Shown here piece by piece: positions 51,501 to 60,359 of a stretch of 64,000 nucleotides of DNA; position 1 is the first letter of the stretch; every line of letters begins with the position of its first letter. The stretch lies in IMG/VR virus record IMGVR_UViG_3300029705_006997. One strand, given 5' to 3'. A program made the translations under genes and the position numbers. The notes beneath the pieces were generated by a model that had not been told where the DNA came from, did not search any database, and was given only the letters and a program-made list of their open reading frames with translations. Source of the DNA: an uncultured virus (IMG/VR IMGVR_UViG_3300029705_006997) (Duplodnaviria > Heunggongvirae > Uroviricota > Caudoviricetes).

Positions 51501-52082
51501 ATCAGCAAAGATAATTGTTCAAGCATTGAGGCTGAAGCTGTTCATCTGTATGCAACGCAGCTTGCACAGTATAAGGAATTGGGCAGTAAGGAACGTGTGA
51601 TGGAATATGAAAGTGAAAATCCAAATGCGTTCAAAGAGCTTCGCACTATAAAGAAGTTTATAGATGTTGAAAGAAACGTTCCGTCTTTGGACAGATTGTC
51701 TGATGAAGAGTACAAAAAGGTAGCAATGTCAGTTGCTTCGGCTTACAGTAATCGTAAAGATACAGCACAGCCTGTTTTTGGAACAGCAAATGAAGAATTG
51801 TTCCATGAAAGACTTAAAAAGCAGGACGCTCAGTTGGCAGGTTTGTCTGCTAATGAAAAACAGCAGGCTATTGCTGAAAATCCTGCGGCATTCAGAGAGC
51901 GTATCGCTTGTCGTAATGCGTTCAATATAATTGAACAGCAGAACGCAAATGTATCCGTAACTCAGACTCCTGTTTCTTCATCGCAGCGTCTTAATGATGC
52001 TATTCACAATCTTATGTCCGAAGAAGATGCAAGTAAGATTAAAGCTGCACAGGCAGAGCAGGATAATATCGCTAAAAAGTAA
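45558..52082 (+). CDS. Single-chain two-barrel (beta/beta'-like) DNA-dependent RNA polymerase
   Basis: beta-like GYTQDDA and LKIGDKICDHSGNKGVIS; beta'-like WRDP.L and FEGDFDGD. Confidence 0.85.
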   Translation: MSVMAKNSRLSHDERQRLIKITGLDELREFIPDDDFTDALIEHAAAGLSKEQLDSEDEYLSPAREGMINNSRAVMKYLRDNGHSFSVLPDSRDGQLKVKLETSNIEVRVMDTEDKAQYVGRVYNDGITYAFSKGANSGGKNQQSDAIDNITPDMAVDLVKYGLGEDVKRRMYTDAEHQHSVDDKKVGAAQRNRFGVDPENYQPKSNGGFSALYETRTPSKIGTRNVSNNIYIKATDERKSTVMRFDTENGLDDAELYVKNSMENAEAAFTSRLKLEAVDVLAQLSVAGEFEGEPEFSGDPRIADMQKAYYDTRKEIYSDKAAYPDAAAIDNAKFVQDEATRNQVSEMFGNQSLKTINPVAVASYMDESKGLLTNEANLLSALKKINNSDNPSYDIEGDDFASNYFKERMVAYNPNPTTIGGKTYPMDINPNGPDADKMSPFWKEMGKSVYDGLEGMGVQVKSIHVDENGVIHYEGGRTQGTFSGKSKPEWTDVVGDIGQVFEPETNDYVLDENGNPTGERNLTKGFLRTNFNSDENYYIAPGYTAYVEPPSEEKGTEGQSYIERTRLRGYPQIMSDKIKATIRHDLASEGVDGYYDNTAGLNGVYHHLYGDKKSLDFIDKMRETGTPDDVIEAINKTSLQRVKYDKHYGSDTNILAVQKAELKKDKAMRGHDVYLDDVGANIALMDHSLSKNVFDPYATSTGTNQGLVRYLVDGATVNPDGTINKGDSEYCNLINHDNFKYTREGNNPNDRVLMAFVNAMNQSSTAIGRTVNPEGEEIEPIGVGMAHMSLGGYTQDDAFVVSKDFADSCMIRGDDGNLRPLKIGDKICDHSGNKGVISFIADRNADMSYYEPQPIAEGMSVEEIKAIEKKNDALEQQRKIIELFKDNPSLDIVGAPYTAPSRFNGGTSREMIASQEKAKACGMPTDLIVDGKVHAGSIGYAKIIVTDMPVDVKTHIYGSESRVKEAMNEEAEKRQENDGFDLGETSGGRKASGQMVWGLAEMNASGVIREIYGNNESPLVKAREMMLAVGLDVDETGKLHRGYKPHQIGVDDNNQPIYEERNNISVRGIYNDCRSSEVPGSVGVKEIKDRFTESLGEDGGFMKIPFPIKMATGDMTPEILDENGNGTGEYRLPVLSGKFRSGRETVDNQLISHDYTARYNEIFNQSIEYLKNEDKANHANPEDGNYHYMYRGEDRVLSQSALQDKMNKAQASAQKAYDAIADDIKERQFTGKHNVWKDDVMRKELKGTSTAVISPDPTLDLNEVRMSVKMAIGLGLVKENTNIEEFNKNAKLDDKIVVGWRDPLLSGGGERSFIVNIVEDRPGHPGYDPNNPNNGLVGIQINPSAATSFEGDFDGDSMGFYKPKGKAAIRDCKEKLSHWAQILNNEMGNPGERKPYFQDGLDVAAGVYRDAEKGGDVKVRMEEAEKLMNLADMLGDKRVTPGSGNYRAFEMYNAAMHDAHREAFGHDVISYENPQKHIESLFSMTEEGAKGSIDKLKKGYAPYFGCEFEVDENNKIVSFKDAESYATPEARQASMAAGHAKAVLTGVAGKFSQHAEMLALNYEPKTSKEKFDFAERKDLNNVMTLIEHGYKVQPKQKDIQVDEIIDGKRTGNTVTKTINSWEPVVARDEKGEVIRDNQGKPTYEKEDYFKTVTDENGKTKRVVNENALPIINAVRQKSNEMGANGTFSASAAATALTHPVTQSVMQLKHDTGPEILHKISMIQEVAPALWAGHKIGRVPDNDTGELKWQVLTERNPENGRYEPQPASPAEWKKMMKDFYEAKDGLNVGTPNPEHVNTMAEIMTVKAPNGKEYIEGFDTKTKKVLETETALTRLAYEGNFDTLIEYADKNANLFEGKTNSYIAPKVVNDNIRELNASMADPTYVPQFKGFAAKDTRCKDGVVDRPSVDVVDEVMKQGTVHIKVEDDYSIDDITVNNKPDYDVTENVQLNQSNNAPARTYADLSVEEQLDVMRAVAKKKVDGTISKDNCSSIEAEAVHLYATQLAQYKELGSKERVMEYESENPNAFKELRTIKKFIDVERNVPSLDRLSDEEYKKVAMSVASAYSNRKDTAQPVFGTANEELFHERLKKQDAQLAGLSANEKQQAIAENPAAFRERIACRNAFNIIEQQNANVSVTQTPVSSSQRLNDAIHNLMSEEDASKIKAAQAEQDNIAKK

Positions 52083-52137
52083 ATGATATACAGCAGGGAA
52101 GATATATGTCTTCTCTGCTGTAACATTGAGGTGTATT

Positions 52138-52434
52138 ATGATTGATTTTTCAAAAGACGCTGTCAAGTCTGTTCAGGCAGGTAAGACGATAAAAACTGAG
52201 GATAGTAAAAAAATTCGTAACAGACCTGAACGACCATTACATATCAATTACGATTTTGCAGACAGGGATGTTCAAAAAGAACAGCCTGATAATGCTATGA
52301 TAGGTCGAAAGGTACAGGAAGAAGAAAAAATTGAGAAACCTGAGCCTGTACAAAAAAAGCAAAAAAGCAGATTCGATAATATAAATGGCGGCAGTTATGA
52401 AAAACGAAAAGATGATATTGAACTCAGTAAATAA
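52138..52434 (+). CDS. Small hydrophilic hypothetical protein
   Basis: GAGGTG RBS before ATG 52138. Confidence 0.65.
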   Translation: MIDFSKDAVKSVQAGKTIKTEDSKKIRNRPERPLHINYDFADRDVQKEQPDNAMIGRKVQEEEKIEKPEPVQKKQKSRFDNINGGSYEKRKDDIELSK

Positions 52435-52473
52435 AAAAAATAATACCTCGGTGCGTCGCACCGAGGTATTTTG
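52435..52473. terminator. Bidirectional terminator between convergent blocks
   Basis: AATACCTCGGTGCG-T-CGCACCGAGGTATT with A/T tracts. Confidence 0.8.
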
Positions 52474-52476
52474 TTG

Positions 52477-52875
52477 TTATTCAAATTTGGTTTTGGTTTT
52501 AAGTAAAACCGATAAATCAGCCTTAATCTGTTCTATCGTCTTTTTTTTCTCGTCAATCATTTTATTTCGCAAATTTCGGGCATATGTTTCGGCTTCTGTT
52601 TTATCAGGTGTATAGTAAACAGTTCCGTGTTTTAATTTCATTTCATGCCGCAGATATGACTGTGTTAAACGTGTTGTACTTGATAAAGCATCTGTAAAAT
52701 ACGGAGCATCAAGTCTGTATACATCTTTTCCGTCGTAGTCTGTTAATAACATAGCCGGTATTTTTGAAAGACGGATATTTGCATCGCATTTGTACACTGA
52801 ATAGATAACTGAATTAGCTTCAAAAGGCATATTCATACCTTTTGAAATATGAATATTGGTCATAGCCTCAATCAT
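52477..52875 (-). CDS. Hypothetical protein
   Basis: 132-aa ORF in a minus-strand cluster. Confidence 0.65.
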   Translation of the reverse strand: MIEAMTNIHISKGMNMPFEANSVIYSVYKCDANIRLSKIPAMLLTDYDGKDVYRLDAPYFTDALSSTTRLTQSYLRHEMKLKHGTVYYTPDKTEAETYARNLRNKMIDEKKKTIEQIKADLSVLLKTKTKFE

Positions 52876-53312
52876 TCCTCTCTGTGTATTTCGAGATAAT
52901 CAACATTTTTGGCTGAAAAACTAAGACCTGTGAAAGCAGGTATGTAATCAGTGAAGAGAGCATCGACATAAGCCTGTGAAAAAGAAGGACGTTCTGTCCA
53001 CGGATAGTAAGGTGGAATATAAATGAACCAGTTGCCGTCGTAATCATTGATTGCGTCAAAAGACTTTGATTTGCTTGCATCATTGAAAAATTCGGCAAAT
53101 TCTTCATAAAATTCGTCATCACCGCTGCTTGTAAGCCATTCCAGCCATTCATCATTGGTTATGTCAGTATTTTCAGGAATAAAGCGTTCAAAAAGAGGCT
53201 TGTCATCAGGATGGGTTTCGAGATAATCAAGAATGCTATCGAGTTCGATAAATTCTATGATTTCACTTATTTTGATGCCATAGCCGTGAATAACGGATGT
53301 AGAATAACTCAT
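52872..53312 (-). CDS. Hypothetical acidic protein
   Basis: GAAAGGA RBS before ATG 53312. Confidence 0.7.
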   Translation of the reverse strand: MSYSTSVIHGYGIKISEIIEFIELDSILDYLETHPDDKPLFERFIPENTDITNDEWLEWLTSSGDDEFYEEFAEFFNDASKSKSFDAINDYDGNWFIYIPPYYPWTERPSFSQAYVDALFTDYIPAFTGLSFSAKNVDYLEIHREE

Positions 53313-53381
53313 AAAAAGTCCTTTCTCATAATAAAACAATCAGCTACTTGGAGCAGCTGATTGTTGATATGATTTTTTTTA

Positions 53382-53666
53382 TTAATATTCAGGCGGAGTG
53401 TTATTTTTAAACAATTCGATATGGTTGTGATATGCTTTTATCAGAACATCTTCCATATACTGTCTGGTTTTATGGTCGATAGGATGAATTATATCACGAA
53501 AACCGCTCTCCGTCTTTTTGCTCGGCATACCGACACAAAGGCGGTTTTCGAGCTGAAGGATTTTTATATCGTGAAGAGCGATGCTGTCGTCAAGTGTGAC
53601 TGACATTATAGCTCTTACAATTCCTTCTTTGTAGATTTTTCTGATTTTAATGTCTGTAATTTTCAT
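53382..53666 (-). CDS. spoVG: SpoVG-family nucleic-acid-binding regulator
   Basis: MKITDIKIRK, HDIKI, GMPSKK, FRDIIHPI. Confidence 0.9.
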   Translation of the reverse strand: MKITDIKIRKIYKEGIVRAIMSVTLDDSIALHDIKILQLENRLCVGMPSKKTESGFRDIIHPIDHKTRQYMEDVLIKAYHNHIELFKNNTPPEY

Positions 53667-53844
53667 TGCAAGTCAATCCTTTCGTGGTCACGAAGCTGTT
53701 TGTAACAGCTTTTTTGTCGTGTATTATGTTGAGCTGAAGCCTTGCAATTATTGTACCATATTTTCAGAAAAATATCAAGACATAGTTTTGTATTTTTATC
53801 TCATTTTTCAGAATGTTTTGAGATTTTGGCAGTAAATCACAGAA

Positions 53845-54189
53845 TTACTGCCACTGTTCGATGACATAATAGTTATCGACAGTCAGTTCACCGCAGTTTT
53901 TGATAACAGGCTTTACTGAACCCTTGGTGTAAGCTTCTACACCTTCCATGAGAGTATCGATGTTGAGTCCATTTTCGTATGAAACAGGGAAGTCAGCAGC
54001 TTCATCATCTTCATTAAATGTATCAAGAAGACTGTTTACTTTCTTGAAAATTTCAGTCATTTCTTCTTCAGAAATGCTTCTATCAACAGTCAATAAACAG
54101 ATTCTTTTATCAACGTCTTCGGGGTCATCGCTGCCTGCATAGAATGTGACATTGAGCAGATAAGTGTATTTGTTAATATATTCGACCAT
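53845..54189 (-). CDS. Hypothetical protein, tandem paralog
   Basis: MVEY...FPVSYENGLNIDTLMEG...NYYVIEQW. Confidence 0.8.
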   Translation of the reverse strand: MVEYINKYTYLLNVTFYAGSDDPEDVDKRICLLTVDRSISEEEMTEIFKKVNSLLDTFNEDDEAADFPVSYENGLNIDTLMEGVEAYTKGSVKPVIKNCGELTVDNYYVIEQWQ

Positions 54190-54217
54190 AAAATGTTATC
54201 CTTTCGATTTCAGTATT

Positions 54218-54574
54218 TTAAATTTGCAGCCATTGTTCGATAACATAGTAATTATCGAAATTCAACTCTTTACAATCATGTTTCATCAGAGTCACTTCAC
54301 CCTTGGTATAAAGGCGAATGCCTTCCATAAGGGTATCAATATTCATACCGTTATCATATGAAACAGGAAACTCTGTATTTGCATCATTTTCATTAAGCAG
54401 TTTATTGACTGTTTCAAAGATTTCAGTCATTTTTTCTGCAGAAATAGGTTCATGAGTTGTAAGCTTGTATAAGTCTGTGTTAATACTCTTGGTGTGAATA
54501 TTAACGTGAACAGCGGTGTCTACACAAAAGGTGACTTTGAGCAGATAAGTATACGTAGAAAGATATTCGACCAT
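54218..54574 (-). CDS. Hypothetical protein, tandem paralog
   Basis: MVEY...FPVSYDNGMNIDTLMEG...NYYVIEQW; identical upstream sequence. Confidence 0.8.
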   Translation of the reverse strand: MVEYLSTYTYLLKVTFCVDTAVHVNIHTKSINTDLYKLTTHEPISAEKMTEIFETVNKLLNENDANTEFPVSYDNGMNIDTLMEGIRLYTKGEVTLMKHDCKELNFDNYYVIEQWLQI

Positions 54575-54598
54575 AAAATGTTATCCTTTCGATTTCGA

Positions 54599-54934
54599 TT
54601 AAAGTTTATTCCATATACAAGCGAGTTCACTCATGGTTTTGATAGGAAATGGGTCATTTCTTGTGCCATAACCGGATATATTGATATATTCGGAGTTTAC
54701 AAAAATGTTGTAAATATAAGCTTCGGGCTCTTCATCGAGACATTCATAGCTTATTCCAAGACTTTTATGACCTTGGATATGAAATTCAAAAATACCCATA
54801 TTTTTACGAAGCTTTGCAAAATTGACTTCATTTTTGATGATTTTGGTCATATCTGCAGGTGAATAGAGCTTGTTTGAAGGTTTTAACATGGTAAGAATCC
54901 CCGCAATATTAAGCAGTTTCGTTATGATAATCAA
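54599..54934 (-). CDS. Hypothetical protein
   Basis: ORF in operon context; start uncertain. Confidence 0.55.
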   Translation of the reverse strand: MIIITKLLNIAGILTMLKPSNKLYSPADMTKIIKNEVNFAKLRKNMGIFEFHIQGHKSLGISYECLDEEPEAYIYNIFVNSEYINISGYGTRNDPFPIKTMSELACIWNKL

Positions 54935-55172
54935 TAAGCTGCTGATTGTAAGCCGTGAGCTTGCGAATGTCAGAAATCATAGGGTCATCTGCGGATTTTG
55001 CACTGCACAAATGGCAGGAACAATGGATTTTATTCTTGCTGTATCTGTTTTTCTGTTCGTAATAGCCGTCAGAGGCATAATAATGAGATTTTCTCATTTT
55101 CTTAGCAATGGCATTTCGACGCATTGCTCTGAAATAAGCCTTGCCTCTATAAGATGATTTCTTTTCATTCAT
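54909..55172 (-). CDS. Small basic protein with HCSC.LC motif
   Basis: AAGGAG RBS before ATG 55172. Confidence 0.65.
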   Translation of the reverse strand: MNEKKSSYRGKAYFRAMRRNAIAKKMRKSHYYASDGYYEQKNRYSKNKIHCSCHLCSAKSADDPMISDIRKLTAYNQQLIDYHNETA

Positions 55173-55195
55173 AAACAATCAGCTCCTTATATTTT

Positions 55196-55636
55196 TTAGA
55201 CTGTCAGCAACTTTCTTACTTTTTCAGCCTGTTCTGCTGTTAGAAAATAGTTGTTCTTAGCCATTTCATCGTTGTAACCGAGATTTGTACACGTCTGAGC
55301 AACGACCGTGGTGGTAACACCAAGTTCTTCCGAAAGCGTCTTCATTGAGATAGTTGCAGGTGCAGCAGGTGTTGGTTCATCGGGTGTTGAATTTGTGTTA
55401 TTATCAGTTGTATCGGAAGCAGGCTTCTTCTTGCGGGCAGGCTTTGCAGGCTTCTGCTCAGGGATAGTTGTGTCTGCATTTTCATTCTTAGCCTTTTCAA
55501 GAAGCTCTGTGAGCATCTGAAGCTGGTTCTTATAGCAGATGCGTTCAGTCTCAGCAATCTTGATTTTAGTGTCGCATTCAGCAATTTCCTTTTCACAAGC
55601 GACCATTTCCTTTGTAATCTTTTCAATAAGTGTCAT
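55196..55636 (-). CDS. Coiled-coil protein with possible C-terminal HTH
   Basis: ISMKTLSEELGVTTTVV. Confidence 0.7.
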   Translation of the reverse strand: MTLIEKITKEMVACEKEIAECDTKIKIAETERICYKNQLQMLTELLEKAKNENADTTIPEQKPAKPARKKKPASDTTDNNTNSTPDEPTPAAPATISMKTLSEELGVTTTVVAQTCTNLGYNDEMAKNNYFLTAEQAEKVRKLLTV

Positions 55637-55661
55637 AATTTTTATTCCTTTCTTGTTGTAA

Positions 55662-55880
55662 TTAATCGTCGAATATTTCTTCAGTTCGAACTTTTACTAT
55701 GATAGTATCAATGTCAGGATATTCCTTTTGAACATTTTCTGCGTGTTTGGCATCATGGTATAACTTAGCTTTGCGAACCTGCTTGTCCCAAACTTTTAAA
55801 CCGCAGTAATACAAGCCGTCTTTGCTTTTGATAGCATATGAGATATCACAGGTGAAGCGTTCTTTTTCAAGTCGGGGCAT
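55662..55880 (-). CDS. Small hypothetical protein
   Basis: 72-aa ORF with RBS. Confidence 0.6.
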   Translation of the reverse strand: MPRLEKERFTCDISYAIKSKDGLYYCGLKVWDKQVRKAKLYHDAKHAENVQKEYPDIDTIIVKVRTEEIFDD

Positions 55881-55898
55881 TATAAAACAACCTTTCTG

Positions 55899-56579
55899 TC
55901 AAAATATATGCTCTTTGGTACACTTTCCGCTGTTGTCATCATATATCAAAACCCGAACTCTTTCTGTTTCACCGACAAGCTCAAGTTTTACAGAAATATT
56001 GGGTTTTGTGATATAATCAGAAACAAATTCAACATTGACACCGGCATATTCACAATTATTATCATAAATCTGTTTATATGCCTGTGCTTTGAATACGCCG
56101 GCAGGTGTAGACATATTGAGCCGTTCATCAGGAACAATAACATTTTTTAAGCTGAATTTTTCAGGTATTGACGGTTTGTAGTCTATTACACGAGTGTTTC
56201 GCCAATCCCATTCGGTAAAGGGAAGTATCTGATTATCATCTGTTTTTACAGCAAAGCTGTAATTTTTGTTATCGTATATAACAATGGCTTTCTTATTGCT
56301 GCAAACGTCCAGAATTACATCATTGACAAATATATTTACACCCATGGCAATTTTATTATCAAGTCGTAAGCCTGTGTACATACCGACAGTATTGGGGTCA
56401 ATTTCATAAGAAATATCAAAACCTCGAACACAATCGATGGTTTTAATTTTGTAAGTATTTACATCATAGTATAAATACCCAATAACAACAGTACCATCGG
56501 GAGCAGCACTATTGGTGTGAGCATCTCCATGAATAACCTTAGTTTCAGCTTTGTATAAAGCGTCGTAAGCTGTAAACAT
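55899..56579 (-). CDS. YopX-like protein, tandem paralog
   Basis: EIDPNTVGMYTGL...IFVNDVI. Confidence 0.7.
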   Translation of the reverse strand: MFTAYDALYKAETKVIHGDAHTNSAAPDGTVVIGYLYYDVNTYKIKTIDCVRGFDISYEIDPNTVGMYTGLRLDNKIAMGVNIFVNDVILDVCSNKKAIVIYDNKNYSFAVKTDDNQILPFTEWDWRNTRVIDYKPSIPEKFSLKNVIVPDERLNMSTPAGVFKAQAYKQIYDNNCEYAGVNVEFVSDYITKPNISVKLELVGETERVRVLIYDDNSGKCTKEHIF

Positions 56580-56598
56580 ATTGCATCAATCCTTTCTG

Positions 56599-57276
56599 TC
56601 AAGTGAACATTCCAAATGAATATTCAGCAACATAGTCCTCATTATTATCGTCTTTATCGTACATTAAAACACGAAGTCTTCCTGTTTCACCAACGAGTTC
56701 AAACTTGACAGTAGACGCAGGTTCATTGTTGTTAGGAACAAAGTCAACATCAATACCGACATATTCATTATCGTCATTGTAGGCATGTGCTCTGAATGCA
56801 CCAACAGGTGTAATCAGATTGAGCTGTTCATCGAAAATGCTGACATCTTCTAAGTCGATTTTTTTAGATGCAGTCGGCTTATAGCTTGTTATACGAGTAT
56901 CATGCCAGTTCCATTTTGTGAATGGAATTATGCCATTATTGACTGTTTTTACAGCAAAGCAGTAATTTGTTTCATCATAAATAACAATGCCGCTATTGCC
57001 GTTGTAAAGGTCCAGAACCTCATCGTTGACAAAAACCATGGATTCATCATGTTCGTTATCGAGACGTAAGCCTGTGAAAACACCAACCGTATCCGGGTCA
57101 ACTTCATAAGAAGTGTAATCACTGCGGCCAAAGTCAAAAACTTTGATTTTATAAGCACCTACATCATGATACAAATGTCCGGTGACGATTGTGCCATCGG
57201 GAATACCGTTATTATGCGGGTCTCCGCAGATTGCTTTTGTGAATGCTTTGTATACAGCTGTTTGAGCATTAAGCAT
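56599..57276 (-). CDS. YopX-like protein, tandem paralog
   Basis: EVDPDTVGVFTGL...VFVNDEV. Confidence 0.7.
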   Translation of the reverse strand: MLNAQTAVYKAFTKAICGDPHNNGIPDGTIVTGHLYHDVGAYKIKVFDFGRSDYTSYEVDPDTVGVFTGLRLDNEHDESMVFVNDEVLDLYNGNSGIVIYDETNYCFAVKTVNNGIIPFTKWNWHDTRITSYKPTASKKIDLEDVSIFDEQLNLITPVGAFRAHAYNDDNEYVGIDVDFVPNNNEPASTVKFELVGETGRLRVLMYDKDDNNEDYVAEYSFGMFT

Positions 57277-57349
57277 ATATAATTAACTCCTTTTATGAAT
57301 TATCAGAATAGACACTTCCCCGTATAAACAGGGAAGTGTGATTGTCATG

Positions 57350-58117
57350 TTACCTGCTGATTGTGATGTCGATATGACCCATCTTGGTCATAGCATCTTC
57401 AGCATATGTATTGTTAATCATCTGTGACAGATTCTTAGGAATGCAGTCACAATCAAGATAGAATGAGATTGCATCTGCAATAACGCTTGTTTCAAAGCCG
57501 TCTGCGTCATAACGAAGATATGTAGTGAGATAAGCTTCGATGTTATCGGCGATATTATCTCTGCCTTCAGCTCTGTACTTTTCAATAAGCTCATCGTTAT
57601 CGACTTTGAGATAATCCTGTGAACAGATTTCATCAGCTGTATCGAAGAGTTCACGAACAGCGTCTTCGGAAAGCTTTTCATGAGCTACGAGCATACGATT
57701 GCTCTTTTCGATTTCTTCGCCGTCTTCGTATAATGAGAGTGTAATATCGTATATGAAGACCTTGTCCTGAACAGCATATGCGTCAAGTCTTGCAGCAAAA
57801 TCGTCGTCTATCACAATGCCGTCAATGGTTTCGTTCTTATCTTCATATTCATCTGAAGGCATATTTTCCTGAATCTTGCGACCCTCAGCATAAGCCTTGA
57901 TAATATCATCCATAAGAGCTGTGTCTGCGAAAATCTTGTCACAATCGTGGTCAAACCTCATTGTGCGTCTGATGAACTTTTCGATATCTCTGCGATATTC
58001 AGTCAGTGTACGCATTTCGCGGACAATAGCTTCGACATCAGCAGCTGCGATGCTGATAGAGCCTGTTTCATTTGTAAGAGTAAGCATATTTTCATTAAGA
58101 CAGGTTGTTGTGTTCAT
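57350..58117 (-). CDS. Hypothetical acidic protein
   Basis: 255-aa ORF with AGAAAGGA RBS. Confidence 0.75.
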   Translation of the reverse strand: MNTTTCLNENMLTLTNETGSISIAAADVEAIVREMRTLTEYRRDIEKFIRRTMRFDHDCDKIFADTALMDDIIKAYAEGRKIQENMPSDEYEDKNETIDGIVIDDDFAARLDAYAVQDKVFIYDITLSLYEDGEEIEKSNRMLVAHEKLSEDAVRELFDTADEICSQDYLKVDNDELIEKYRAEGRDNIADNIEAYLTTYLRYDADGFETSVIADAISFYLDCDCIPKNLSQMINNTYAEDAMTKMGHIDITISR

Positions 58118-58180
58118 AGTGATAAATCCTTTCTTGCTTTTGAATGTATTTGTTAGTGGCGAAAATTGTTTTCGTTGATT

Positions 58181-58651
58181 TTAATTCGTCACATCTGCTG
58201 TTGCTTCATCCTGTGGACAAAAACGTACAGGAAGACCTGTCAACTCACTCAGTTTCTTTACACCATAAACAATTGTATGGAACATAGCTGTCAAGTCCTT
58301 ATTTGATTTAGCACGAAGTTCTTCGAGAATATATTCAGCTGTTTCCTTTGTAAGTGTAAGAATGGCATTGATGAAAGCGGTCTTTCCGTCTTCTTCGGAA
58401 ACTGTTTTTTCAAACATTTCATCCACCCAAATTGAGCCTTCGTCTTCAATTGTAGGGTGGTCGATAAGATAAGCGTTGTTGTCTTCATCAAAGTCGCGGA
58501 TACGAACGATAAGACCTGAAAATACGGTCATATCCTCAGTAACAGCAATATCTTCAGCCTGATTTGCCATTCTGTAATTGTTTCCGATAGCAAGGTCGCT
58601 GCGGACCTGCACGTAATCTCCGATTTTGTACATAGTGTTGGTTGTGTTCAT
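58181..58651 (-). CDS. Hypothetical protein with SH3/KOW-like N-terminus
   Basis: YKIGDYVQVRSDL...WVDEMFE. Confidence 0.75.
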   Translation of the reverse strand: MNTTNTMYKIGDYVQVRSDLAIGNNYRMANQAEDIAVTEDMTVFSGLIVRIRDFDEDNNAYLIDHPTIEDEGSIWVDEMFEKTVSEEDGKTAFINAILTLTKETAEYILEELRAKSNKDLTAMFHTIVYGVKKLSELTGLPVRFCPQDEATADVTN

Positions 58652-58714
58652 GATGATAAATCCTTTCTTGATTTTAATTTATTTATTGATTTTTTTTGAA
58701 TAGAATTGAATATG

Positions 58715-58954
58715 TCATGTATTACGGCTTTCATTATATGTCCAGCCTTTGACATACTTAGGGCTTGAAATTCTTTTTGCTTCACGAACTGCTTCTTTTG
58801 GTATTGAAAAAATGCTGCAGAATTTCAAAGATGAATTGCTGTCCAAACGCTGTTGTCGTACTGCTTTATACGATTCAGTGCTATGATATGTTTCAATAAA
58901 ATGTTCATGCTTGTCCATATCAGCGACAACAGCAAAGAGCATATCATGTTTCAT
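58715..58954 (-). CDS. Small hypothetical protein
   Basis: 79-aa ORF. Confidence 0.55.
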   Translation of the reverse strand: MKHDMLFAVVADMDKHEHFIETYHSTESYKAVRQQRLDSNSSLKFCSIFSIPKEAVREAKRISSPKYVKGWTYNESRNT

Positions 58955-58968
58955 TTTATATCACTCTT

Positions 58969-59142
58969 TCATAATGCAATCTGGTCAGGTGTCAGGAACA
59001 CCGTTGTTTGTTGTTCATGATAAAATCCACTGCAAGATACAGCTGTGAGTTCCTGAATGTTTTCATTCCAAACGCTGTTTATCTTTATTTCAGTATCATC
59101 AGGTAAATTTTCAATGATACTTTTCATTTCTTTTACGGTCAT
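58969..59142 (-). CDS. Small hypothetical protein (57 aa, not in the ORF track)
   Basis: MTVKEMKSIIENLPDDTEI..., AGAAAGGG RBS. Confidence 0.65.
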   Translation of the reverse strand: MTVKEMKSIIENLPDDTEIKINSVWNENIQELTAVSCSGFYHEQQTTVFLTPDQIAL

Positions 59143-59168
59143 AGCAAAAACCCTTTCTTGATTATTGT

Positions 59169-60338
59169 TTAATTCGCTTTGAAGTTGTATATAGGAATGA
59201 TACGTTCAAGGATTTCCACAGTAGGCTCTATACACTCCATGATTTCAGTGTAGTTTTTGTAAGCAAACGGTGCTTCATCAAGAGTGCTTTCATTTACGCA
59301 GGTAGTGTAAATACCTGCTGTTTTCATTGTATCAGCATATTCTTCAACAGAGAAGATTTCCTTAGCTTTTGAGCGTGAGTATAATCTTCCTGCACCGTGA
59401 GGGGCTGAATAGTTCCATTCAGGATTGCCTTTGCCTTTGCATACAAGCATACCATCACGCATATTAAGAGGAATGACCAATATTTCATCTCTTTTCGCAG
59501 AGATGGCGCCCTTGCGGAGAATCATGCTTTCTATATCAATATAGTTGTGAATGGAATTGATATGAGAAACAATTTTGCCGGACATCCGAGTCACAATAGC
59601 GTTGAGCATCGTGAAGCGATTCTGGTCAGCAAATTTCTGCATGATAGCTATATCGTGGAGATAGTCCTGCATATCTTGTCCTGTAAGATAGCACAGGTCA
59701 CGAGATATATTTATCTTATTTTCCTGCAGCCAAAGTTCACGCTTGACAGGCGGGATAGTCTGCAATAATTCTGTCAGTGTTTTGTGATTGTGTTCTTTTG
59801 TACGCTGTTCAGCAAGGTTCTGATAATACTTTGCCACAGCAAGACCTATATTACGGCTGCCGCTGTGTACAGCGATATAGCCATTTTTGTAAGCCTCAAG
59901 AAAATGATTGCCGCCGCCAAGGGTGCCCATGGCACGCTTTGCTCTGTCTTGAACTTCTTTGGTGAGTTTGTCCCAACAAAGGAGTTTGGTAAAGTCAAAA
60001 TAGACCTCATTCTCGTGTACTGCCATACCATGAGGTATGTTCTTTCGAATAACCTCGTCGAGTTCAGGAAGACGATTTTCAAAGTCAATGTCGGTATGGA
60101 CAAGGTCGACTCCACATCCAATGTCTACACCCACGAGATTAGGGCAAATTTTATCGGTAATTGTCATCGTTGTTCCGATAACACAGCCTGCGCCTGCGTG
60201 AGCATCAGGCATGATTCGGATATTGGCGTTTTCTCCGATAGGGGAATTGGCCATTTCGCTGATTTGTGAAATAGCTTCCTGTTCGATGGTCTTGGCATAG
60301 ACAATGACATCACCGTGTTTTGAAGTTAAGGTAAACAT
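59169..60338 (-). CDS. rtcB: RtcB-family RNA ligase
   Basis: MPDAHAG, VGVDIGCG, GTLGGGNHF, HSGSR, HNY, RKGA, SAPHGAGR, DEAP.AYK. Confidence 0.95.
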   Translation of the reverse strand: MFTLTSKHGDVIVYAKTIEQEAISQISEMANSPIGENANIRIMPDAHAGAGCVIGTTMTITDKICPNLVGVDIGCGVDLVHTDIDFENRLPELDEVIRKNIPHGMAVHENEVYFDFTKLLCWDKLTKEVQDRAKRAMGTLGGGNHFLEAYKNGYIAVHSGSRNIGLAVAKYYQNLAEQRTKEHNHKTLTELLQTIPPVKRELWLQENKINISRDLCYLTGQDMQDYLHDIAIMQKFADQNRFTMLNAIVTRMSGKIVSHINSIHNYIDIESMILRKGAISAKRDEILVIPLNMRDGMLVCKGKGNPEWNYSAPHGAGRLYSRSKAKEIFSVEEYADTMKTAGIYTTCVNESTLDEAPFAYKNYTEIMECIEPTVEILERIIPIYNFKAN

Positions 60339-60359
60339 TGTATCACGTCCTTTCTTTGT

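Noticed and set aside
45558..52082. Host rpoB/rpoC or a phage genome
   Set aside because: Only core catalytic motifs are recognisable, the context is relaxase and coupling protein, and no capsid, terminase or tail genes were recognised
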